This document shows, piece after piece, positions 39,001 to 48,315 of a stretch of DNA of 64,000 bases. The stretch is from Isurus oxyrinchus (lineage: Eukaryota). Location of the stretch: the NCBI GenBank assembly GCA_026770705.1, contig JANJGN010000030.1:1364001-1428000 (forward strand), in the 5' to 3' direction. The translations under genes and the position numbers were made by a program. Below the pieces are notes generated by a model. The model made no database searches and was not told the DNA's origin. It saw only the letters and a program-made list of their open reading frames with translations. The number at the start of each line of letters is the position of its first letter. Position 1 is the first letter of the stretch.

Positions 39001-41724
39001 AGTCCACCGGAAACCTCGCCGAGACAGGTGTCTGCTAGAACCCTGGACAAGGGAAGAGTCCAATGGAACCCTGGCCGAGAGAGGAGTCCGTCGGAACTCT
39101 CGCCGAGACAGGAGTGCGCCGGAACCCTCGCCGAGAGTGGAGTCCAGCGGAAACATCGCCGAGAGAGGAGTCCGGCGGAAACCTCTCTGAGAGAGGAGTC
39201 CGCCTGAACCCTCGCCGAGAGTGGAGTCCGCCGGAAACCTCGCCGAGACATGAGTCCGCCAGATCCCTGGCCAAGAGAAGAGTCCAACGGAACCCTGGCC
39301 GAGAGAGGAGTCCGTCAGAACCCTTGCAGACAGAGGAGTCCACCAGAAACCTCGCCGAGACAGTGCCTGCCAGAACCCTGGACAAGGGAAGAGTCCAATG
39401 GAACCCTGGCCGAGAGCGGAGTCCGCTGGAAACCTTGCTGAGAGTGTAGTCCACCGAACCCTCGCCTGGAGAGGAGTCTGCTGGAACCCTCGCCGGGAGC
39501 GGAGTACGCCTGAAACCTCGCCGAGACAGGTGTCTGCCGGAACGCTCGCCGAGAGCGGAGTACACTGGAACCCTTGCAGAGAGTGGAGTCGAACGGAACC
39601 CTCACCGAGACAGGAGACTGCCGGAACCCTCACCAGAGATTGTAGTCCGCCAGAACCCTCTCCTGGAGAGGAGTCCACCAGAACTCTTGCCGAGATAGGA
39701 ATGCGCCGAAACCCTCGCCCTGGTTTGAGAGAAGAGTCCGCCGGAACCATCGCTGAGAGTGGAGTCTGCTGGAACCCTCACCGAGACATGAGTGCGCCGG
39801 AACCCTCGATGAGAGAGGAATCTGCCGGAACACACGCCGAGAGAGGAGTCCGCCGGAACCATCGCTGAGAGAGGAGTCTGCTGGAACTCTCAATGAAACA
39901 GGAGTGCGCCAGAACCCTCGCCGAGAGCGGAGTCCAGCGGAACCTTCGCCGAGAGAGGAGTCCGCCAGAACCCTCGCCAAGAGAGGAGTCTGCCGGAACC
40001 CTTGCCGAGAGAGGAGTCTGCCGGAACCCTCGCAGAGAGAGGAGTCTGCCGGAACCCTCACCGAGAGCGGAGTCCGCCAGAACCCTCACCGAGAGAGGAA
40101 TCTACCGGAAACCTCGCTGAGGGAGTAGTCCACCGGAAACCTCGCTGAGGGAGAAGTCCACCGGAACCGTAGTGAAGAGAGGAGTCTGCAGGAACCCTCG
40201 CCGAGAGGCGAGTCTGCTGGAACCGTAGCCGAGAGAGGAGTCCGCCGGAACACTTGCCCAAAAGTGTCGTCCGTCGGAACCCTCGAAGAGAGAGAAGTCC
40301 GCCGGAAACCTCGCCGAGACCGGAGTCCGCCGGAACTCTGGCACGGAGAGGACTCCTCCAGAACCCTTATCGAGACAGGAGTCTGCCAGAACCCTCGCCG
40401 AGCGCGGAGTACACCGGAACCCTTGCAAAGAGAGGAGTCCACCGGAAACCTCGCCGAGACAGGAGTCTGCCGGAACCCTCGCCGAGAGTGAAGTCCGCCT
40501 GAAACCTCGCCGAGAAAAGAGTCCGCAGGAACCCTCGCCGAGAGAGGAGTCTGCTGGACGCCTCGCCGAGAGCGGATTCCACCGGAAACCTCACCGAGAC
40601 AGTAGTCCGCCGGGACCCTGGCCAAGAGAAGAGTCCAAAGGAACCCTGGCCAAGAGAGGAGTCCGATGGAAACCATGCCGAGAGAGGGGTCCAACGGAAA
40701 CCTCGACGAGAGTGTAGTCCACCAGACCCTTGCCTGGAGAGGAGTCCGCCAGAACTCTCGCAGAGAGAGGAGTGCACCGGAACCCTCGCCGAGAGAGGGG
40801 GGTGCCAGAACTCTTGCCGAGAGCGGAATCCGCCGGAAACCTTGCCGAGAGTGTAGTCCACTGGACCCTCGCCTGGAGAGGTGTCTGCCGGAACCCTCGC
40901 CGGGAGCGGAGTCCGCCTGAAACCTCGCCGAGACAGGTGTCTGCCGGAACCCTTGCCGAGAACGGAGTACACCGGAACCCTTGTAGAGAGAGGAGTCGGA
41001 CGGAACCCTCACCAAGACAGGAGTCCGCCGGAAAGCTCACCAGAGATTGTAGTCCACCAGATCCCTCTCCTGGAGAGGAGTCCGCCAGAACTCTTGCCGA
41101 GACAGGAGTGCGCCAGAACCCTCGCCCAGAGAGGTGTCCGCAGGCACCCTGGTTGAGAGAAGACTCCGCCGGAATCCTCGATGAGAGAGGAGTCTGCTGG
41201 AACCCTCGCTGAGAGAGGAGTCCGCCTGAAACCTCGCCGAGAGAGGAGTCTGCCTGAACCCTCGCCGAGAGCGGAGTCTGCCTGAAACCTCGCCGAGATA
41301 GGAGTCCACCGGAACCCTCGCCGAGAGAGGAGTCCGCCAGAAACCTCGCTGAGACAGGAGTCTAGCAGAACCCTCACCGAGAGTGGAGTCTGCCGGAAAC
41401 CTCACCGAGAGATGAGTCCGCAGGCACCCTCGCTGAGAGAGGAGTTCGCCGGAACCCTCACCAAGAGAGGAGTCCGCCGGAAACCTCGCCGAGTAATGAG
41501 TCCACCGGAACCCTCGCCGAGAGTGTAGTCCACCAGAACCTCACCTGGTGAGGAGTCTACCAGAACTCTCACAGAGAGAGGAATCCGTTGGAACCTTCAT
41601 TGAGCGCGGAGTACACCGGAACCCTCGCAGAGAGAGGAGTCCACCGGAACCCTCACCGAGAGCGGAGTACACCGGAACCCACGCCGAGAGATGAATCCGC
41701 CAGAACCCTCGCCGAGAGAGGAGA
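1..41724 (+). repeat. 28-bp GC-rich tandem satellite array (~1,490 monomers, single orientation, open at the left edge)
   Basis: GGAGTCCGCCGGAACCCTCGCCGAGAGA and variants recur head-to-tail with occasional 27-bp units. The + ORFs repeat the 28-aa cycle RRERSPPEPSPREESAGTLAERGVRRNP (3 monomers) and the - ORFs repeat its antisense, so I saw no inversion. Ends abruptly at ...gccgagagaggagac near 41724. Confidence 0.98.
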
Positions 41725-42070
41725 CGTCCTGAGTGCTAGTTAAGGCGAACCCATGTGGTTTATTTTGGGACAGGATAATCCCCAGGGTTAAGCTGCTCAG
41801 TGAGGCAGTCTACTCTCTTTCCCTACTTCAGAAACTGTTTAGTTAAAGTGACATTTCCAATAATGGGGGAGGAATATGTTACACACTGTGTGTCTTGTTT
41901 AGCTTGATGTAGTTTGTTAGCCAGTGCATTATGGGATTGCAGAATCCATGTTGTTTGTTAGTTTGGCTGCTGAAGGATAACAAACCGGAAGCTGCAACGT
42001 TCAATCAGCTTCCTCCGCAACTCCGTGTGTATTGATTCATCTTTGGAAATTTATCGGAATACCAGCATGC

Positions 42071-43039
42071 TGTGATCAACACCCGGGTGAGGTTCCCAAA
42101 GTTGTTCATCCAGGCGAGATCCCACAATTTATCACCGTATGACTGGGACACCCCCAAATGGTTTTGCCGCGGGTGGAGAGGGATAAACTCGCTCCCTGTC
42201 TCTATTCAGATCTGCCCCCACCTCCCCCACTCCATTGGCCACAACAAGATTTAATCTAAAAAGGATCCCTTTCACAGGTACCTTTCTCCTAGATCCAATC
42301 GTTCTGGCTTTGAAGGAGCCAATACGATCAGACTTTGTTGAGTTAAAGGTAAGAGGAAGTTTATTACTGACTAAAGGCAAGAGAGGGTAAAACACATGTT
42401 CATACGGTCATACAGGTTAAAAGTAAGAATTTAGCTATAAATAATGGTATACAGAACAGTCCTAGACTTGTGGGGAGAAGGTGATTGAGTGTTGCAGCTG
42501 TTTCAATTCGAGGTTCCAGTTGAATTGACTTCAGTAGATGAATAGTTGTTTTCGAGGTTCCAGTAGTGTTGATCTTGGTAGAGAGGGAGCGAGATCGGGT
42601 TACCTGTAAAATGGCGATTTGCAGGGGTACTGTGTGTGGCTGTTCCTGCTGGTCAAACTTCCAGCACTCACTCTCTCAGAACACCCACCAGCAGACAGAG
42701 ATTGTGGCAGCTTTCCAGCTCACTTTTAACCCCTTCTTTGTATATTCCAAGCGGGAAGCGATTTCACAAATCTGTTTGGGCATTGCTCACAGGATTTCCT
42801 GATGAGACGGTAAACATTTCCCATTATGTCCCATTGTCTCTGCTGGAGGGAGAAATTAGTTTCTGGATATCTTTAGAAGTATCTTGTTTGGCAACAGGGT
42901 GGGGTTCCATTACCTCTTAGGGAGTCACCCTGCAGCATTCCAGCCAGTGGCTTGTCTGCGTTTTTTAAAAACTCAGGTCTTATTTTTACAATCCAGTATT
43001 TCCGGACGCAATTCGATGTTTCTTCCTTCATTATCATCA
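42071..43039 (-). repeat. 3' LTR of the Gmr1-like element
   Basis: 42086-42518 aligns with 47860-48315. The right boundary is inferred from CA at 43038-43039 followed by ctccccaaaat (short polypurine tract on the minus strand) and is less certain. Confidence 0.75.
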
Positions 43040-43153
43040 CTCCCCAAAATGCAATAAGATTAATTTTCATTTCATTACAAAAAAAGGGAAAAACTTCTAA
43101 ACAACAAAACACTCTCATACTCACATTAATTCTTTAATGTATCTTTTCCGGAT

Positions 43154-44420
43154 CTAATTGGGCTCCTTTAAGCTCTGCACAGGGTGTCCACAATCACGTT
43201 TGTTTTCCCAGAAATTCGGGAGATTTTTAAGTGGTACAGCTAGAGGAACAAACTCCAACGGGAATAATCTGGCATTCTGGATCTTAAATTTTTCCACAAA
43301 AGTTAACGGATTGTGGTCGATATAGACTGTGGTCTCTCTGTACCCATTTCGGACATATATCTCAAAGTGCCTGAGGGTCAGTAATAAACCAAGGGTCTCC
43401 TTCTCTGCTGTGGAATACCATTTCATGTTGCTTGTTGATCTTTTTAGAAAAGTACCTAATTAGTCTCTCTATTCCAGATTCATCCTCCTGCAGGAGAACG
43501 GCCCCTACCCCGATGTCACTCGCATCATTGGCTACTTTACTTGCCTGATTAAAGTCCAGGGCTGCAAGCACAGGCTTGGCGATTAAAATGGCTTTCAGCT
43601 TTTTGAAGGCTGTCTGGCATTTCTCAGTCCATACTACATTTCCTTTTCTCTGTAGTAGGCCTGTCAGCAGCGAGGCTGCTGTGCTAAAGTTTGGGACGAA
43701 CTTGCGATAGAACCCACACATCCCCAAGAACCTCATGATTTCCTGTTTTGCGGTGGGAATGGGGAATGGGCTACGGCTTGCACCTTGGCATCCTGGGCAG
43801 TATCTGTCCTTGACCTGCTGCGTGTCCTAAGTAGCTCACTTTAGCCTTAGTGAGCTCGCTCTTTGCGAGATTGACCACTGGGTCAGCTAACTGCACTCTC
43901 TGGAAGAGGGCTTCCAGTTGTTCTGCCTGGTTCTCCCAAGTCACTGTACACTAGCAGGTTGTCCAGGTACACAATGCAGTTGGACATGCCTGGCACTACC
44001 TGGCTGATCAGCCTTTGGAAGGTAGCTGGGGGATTTCGGAGTCCGTAGGGTATAACTGACACTGGTATAACCTGTCTGGAGTTATGAAAGTAGAGATTTC
44101 CTTCATGCAGCTGTCAAGGGAACCTGTATCCCTTCAATAAATCTACCTTTGTGATATAGGCTGCTTTACCCCCCAATCTACGCAGTCCTCCAGCCGGGGT
44201 CTTGGGCAGGAGTTGGCTCCAGCCACTGCATTAACTTCTGGGGAGTCGGTGCAGAACCCTGTGGAGCTGTACAGCTTGGGCCCGGGCACAAGTGGGGAGC
44301 TCCAGCTACTGCTGCTAGGCTCCAGCGTGTAGTTAATCTCCACATGGACCTGGGCCAGCTTCTCTGGGACCAGACAATAGGGAATTTGCCTTATGGGAGG
44401 GGCCTCTCCCACATCCACGC
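43154..44420 (-). pseudogene. Reverse transcriptase and RNase H remnants of the LTR element (frameshifted)
   Basis: DVGEAPPIRQIPY..SSSSWSSP, PYGLRNPPATFQRL, IVYLDNLL (YLDD changed to YLDN, ~43955-43975), RFLGMCGFYRKFVPNFS, DASDIGVGAVLLQ, YSTAEKETL, DHNPLTF. Confidence 0.92.
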
Positions 44421-44699
44421 CATGTAGGGCTAGAGTGGTGCAGCCTGGCTTGTCTTTGCATAAGCCTTTAAATGCAGTTAGCAGCCTTGTCAGGTCTGCT
44501 CGCTGTTCTACACCTGGGCGGAAGAAACGGACTCTAAGTTGGCCAGTGTTTCTGTGCTGGTTAGCCGGGTGGGTGGGGGCTCAAGGTGGGCCTCACTCAC
44601 CTCTCCCTCCAATTCGCCTCACTGCTCCCCTCCTCCTCTAGGCTGCTCCCTCCAGCAATGGGACAGAGCGTTACCTGTCCCCTTCTCAGCTGTGAAATC

Positions 44700-45700
44700 C
44701 CTTTATCATGTTGACATGACACAGCCTTTGCTTTTTCCCCCAACCTGGGGTCTCAATCAGATAGTTCACTTCCTTGAGTTGCTATGCCACTTGTGTAGGC
44801 CACTGAACCGGGCCTGTAAGGGTTCACCTGGTATTGGTAGAGGCGCTAACAGGTAGTCTCCTGGCTGAAAGGTTCAGACCTTAGTGTGTGTGTCAGCCTG
44901 TTTTTTCACAGCTGTCTGGGAGATTTTCAAATGTTCTCGGGCCACCTCATGGTCTCTCATGAGCCACTCCTGGAACACAGCCACGTAATCCAACATGGAG
45001 AGCGCCTCCTGCTGTTCGAAGAACCTCTCCTTGACTAGTTTCAGAGGCCCGTAAACTAATTCAAATGGAGTAAACCTGGTGGCCTCGTTGGGTGAGCCCC
45101 TGGTAGCGAACAGAAGGAAACCTAGTCCTTTATCCTAGTCCCAGGGGTACTCCTGGCAGTCTGCCCTGGGCATTGTTTTTAGGGTCTGGTAGTACCATTC
45201 TAGTGCCCCATGGGTCAGCGGCTGATACACTGAAGACTTCACGCCCAGGTTACCCATGACTTCCTGAATATCTTGGGCATGAAATTTCAGCCCGGATCTG
45301 ACTGGATCTGGGTGGGTGGACCATACCTGGGAAAGAATTGGATTAATTCCCTCACCACCGTTTGGCAGATATGGTTTTCAGGGGAACCACCTCTGGGAAA
45401 TGGTTAGCCACGTCCATGATGATAAGCCCCTTTTGTTTTGGGTAGGGACCCCACACAGTCCATCAGCACCTTGCTGAATGGGTCCTCAAAAAGCCATCAC
45501 GGGCATTATAGACGCAGGTCATATTGCAGGCTGTGGTTTACCCACAGCTTGGCAGGTGTGGCAGGTTCTGCAAAACCTTACTACACCCCAAAGACATGGG
45601 GCCGGTAAAAGTGCTGGCTGACCTGGGCCATCCATTTCCTCATCAGTACCTCATTTTTGATGTAGTAGCGCTCAGGGACTGCTTCTGCCTCTGTCTCATT
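44700..45700 (-). pseudogene. Integrase remnant located upstream of RT
   Basis: Manual minus-strand translation: FCRTCHTCQAVGKP (Zn finger CxxC), PFSKVLMDCVGPLPKT, IMDVANHFPEVVPL, IQSDPG*NF, LEWYYQTLKTM, FTPFELV, CHVNMIK; contains stops and deletions. Confidence 0.9.
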
Positions 45701-45959
45701 GTAAGCAGCCTGAGCTGATGATTTTAACAGTGGGTCAGCTTGCTGGGCTGCTACCAAGGGAGATTTATCACCTCCTTAGGGTCGCCTAGAGTCCTGAAAA
45801 AGGTTTCACATAAGCAGACCGGAGGCTCTCCTGTCTGCAGTACCACATCAGCTTCCTCTGTTGGAGACCTGGGTTACCACACGGTACATGGCCCAACACT
45901 TTCTCCTGCACCTGTCTGTCTCCTTGACCTCAGTGGGCTTCTCTGAGACCACTGGAGGT

Positions 45960-46220
45960 GCTTTAACATTTGATCCTGCCAGATCATTACTGAGGAGCAG
46001 GTCGTCCCCTCCACAGACAAACTGGAGACCACTCCCATGATCACTGGCCCTGGTCACACTCCAGATGTACTCAGTATTAGGGGATGGGCATGTACCCTCC
46101 TTCAGTCCCCTTTACCAACACCTTGGCACTTACTGCACCTCTGGGAAGGTCATTCCTTTTCCCAACAGCAGTATTTGTCTGGCCCCTGTGTCCTTCAGTA
46201 TCACTACAGGCTAACTCACC
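45960..46220 (-). pseudogene. Aspartic protease remnant
   Basis: PVVILKDTGARQILL (DTG at 46184-46192) and downstream DLLLSNDLAG. Confidence 0.85.
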
Positions 46221-46429
46221 TCACCCTGGGGAAATGCTGCCACCCTTTCTTCAGATACAAAATGCTGGTAACTCTCAGGGACGTGTTTAAACTCACCCAC
46301 ATTCTCAGGAGTGCCTCTACAGGGACTCGCAGCCGTGGTCAGAGCAATAGCCTGATCAGCAATGGTTCCTAACCCCCATTCTCTGCACCGGGGGTATGCA
46401 CCCCGATAAATCCCACTGGCTTCTCCCAT

Positions 46430-47612
46430 AGTCTCCAGCAGTCAGCCCGAAGTTCCCTACCTTTTGGCAATTAAAACACAGGCTTACTTTCCATCTCAGC
46501 ATCACCCTGTTCTGAGGAGGGCTCCCAGCATTTCCCTCTCTCCCATGGGTGCTCAGTATCCGATCACTCTCTCCACTCTATCCTTCCCAGTTGGTTTGGG
46601 GGGTGGGGTGGTGGTGGTGGTGGTGGTGGGGTGGTGGTGGGGGGGGGGGGGGGTGGGCGGGGGGTGCGGACTAGGTAAGGGTCTCTTCTGGGACCAGGGT
46701 TTGTGGATCAACTCATAATTGTCAGCCAGTGTGGCTGCCTGACTGACCCCTGTGACCCTCCCACCCCACTCCACCCACCCTGCTCCTCTAGGTGTGTTCT
46801 TATTGGATAGGGTAGGGCGTTTTTAAACTCTTCAAGGAGAATTATTTCATGGAGGTTTTCATAAGTAGCTTCTGTTTTAAGTGCCCATACCCACTGGTCA
46901 AAAGCTAGTATGTCTGGTCAAGCCATTTCCTGAGGGTACGGGATTTCTGACGGTACACCTCCAGCACTAACTGGTACACACTTAACATGGTCCTTTATAA
47001 CTGCCTCATAGTCAGTGACACTTTCCTCAGGCAGGAGGGATTAAACCTGGTGAACTTTCCCTGAAAGTTTACTGTGCAGTAAGAGGGACAAGTGTTGGAC
47101 TGGACACTATCGGCTGTGCTAACCACTCGAGAGATATAAAGAAGGCTTCCACCTCAACTTCATCAAACTCAGGGGTTAGACCAGCAAACCAGGCTGCCTC
47201 AATCCTTAACTCCGAGCGAGCGGTGTCCTCAAGGGACCCAGCGCGATGCCTGTTCCTCAGTTTGAGCTGCTTTTGTTGAAACTCCCTTTCCTCTCTCTTT
47301 TCTCTCTCCTGAAATTCTCCCTCTTCCCCTTTCCTGAAATTCTCTTTCCTTTCCTCTCTCCTGAAATTCTAATTTCCACTTCTCCGACTTGAAGCTCTCT
47401 ACTGCTATTTTATCCATTTCACCACCCTCAGTTTCCACCTGTAGGCCATCAGCCGCCCCTTTCAAAATTTCAGGTTTTCTGGCTTCTGGCCGAAATTCTA
47501 ACCCTAAAAGCCTCACTAACTCTTTTAACTGTTCGAGCGACAGAGCGTTTAGATCCTCAAACGTAACTGTTTCTGGTTCTGCTAGAAAGGTACTGCCATT
47601 AAAAGTGGACAT
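46430..47612 (-). pseudogene. gag remnant with coiled-coil N-terminus, capsid-like region and CCHC zinc knuckle
   Basis: ORF 47229..47612 (charged, ER-rich), FDEVEVEAFFISL near 47130-47170, and CFNCQKVG/LRADCW with a 1-nt frameshift at ~46435-46480. Confidence 0.8.
46592..46668. repeat. G-rich (GGT)n/poly-G tract inside gag
   Basis: tggtttgggggg..(ggt)n..ggggggggggg read directly. Confidence 0.9.
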
Positions 47613-47706
47613 TTTAACACTTCAGTTGTAAAGACTCAAGAAAGTCATTCTGCAGTTTCTAAAAAATTGATTTCAAAAGGACAATTTACTTTCCCCACTC
47701 CAATTT

Positions 47707-47765
47707 CATAGAATCATAGAATCACAGTGCAGAAGAGGACCTTCGGCCCATCGAGTCTGCACCGA
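47707..47765 (-). mobile_element. 59-bp CR1-type 3' tail insertion
   Basis: (CATAGAAT)2 is the reverse complement of the CR1 terminal octamer ATTCTATG, followed by cacagtgcagaagagg..ttcggcccatcgagtctgcacc; flanked by CAATTT on both sides. Confidence 0.75.
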
Positions 47766-47819
47766 CAATTTGTTCAGTTCATCTGTGGGAAAAAAATATT
47801 CCAGACTGCTCTCCAATTT

Positions 47820-47844
47820 GTTCAAATCCCAGATGAGTGTTCCA
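47820..47844 (-). other. Primer binding site complementary to the tRNA-Pro 3' end
   Basis: + strand GTTCAAATCCCAGATGAGTGTTCCA versus tRNA-Pro 3' end GTTCAAATCCCGGACGAGCCCCCA; lies 3 nt from the LTR terminus at 47848. Confidence 0.8.
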
Positions 47845-47847
47845 ATT

Positions 47848-48315
47848 TGTTATGAACCAGGTGAGGTTCCCCAAAGTTATTCATCCAGGCGAGATCCCAC
47901 AATTTATCATCGTATGACTGGGACACCCCCAAATGGTTTTGCCGCGGGTGGAGAGGGATAAACTCGCTCCCTGTCTCTATTCAGCTCTGCCCCCACCTCC
48001 CCCACTCCACTGGCCACAACAAGATTTAATTTAAAAAGGATCCCTTTCACAGGTACCTTTCTCCTAGATCCAATCGTTCTGGCTTTGGAGGAGCCAATTT
48101 GATCAGACTTTGTTGAGTTAAAGGTACGAGGCAGTTTATTACCCACTAAAGGCAAGAAAGGGTAAAACACATGTTTATACGGTCATAGAGTTTAAAAGGA
48201 AGAATTTAGCTTGAAGTAGATGAATATATATATGTATAAAAAAGTATACGGAACAATCCTAGACTCGCGGGGAGAAGGTGACTGAGTGTTGCGGCTGTTG
48301 CAATTCAAGTTTACA
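47848..48315 (-). repeat. 5' LTR of the Gmr1-like element (truncated)
   Basis: Matches 42071-42518; similarity stops at 48315 where CR1 ORF1 sequence begins. Confidence 0.88.

Larger units (their letters stand above)
42071..48315 (-). mobile_element. Degenerate Gmr1-like (Ty3/Gypsy group) LTR retrotransposon
   Basis: Direct repeats beginning TG at 42071 and 47848, a PBS at 47820-47844, and minus-strand remnants in the order gag, protease, integrase, RT, RNase H. Confidence 0.92.

Noticed and set aside
92-41405. Hundreds of ORFs of 60-641 aa resembling SR-rich repetitive proteins
   Set aside because: They overlap in all six frames, are translations of the 28-bp monomer, and show no unique domain or frame preference.
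1-41724. CRISPR array (28-bp repeat length)
   Set aside because: Units are contiguous with no unique spacers, there are no cas genes, and the context is vertebrate.
42071-42518. LTR only ~450 bp long, ending at CA 42518/48315
   Set aside because: No polypurine tract next to 42518 and no TSD (catgc vs cagga); truncation of the right LTR fits better.
46553-46774. Pro/His/Thr-rich ORF (also 62200..62592)
   Set aside because: Translation of G-rich simple repeats.
47820-47844. tRNA gene
   Set aside because: Only the 3' ~25 nt are present, adjacent to an LTR, so it is a PBS.
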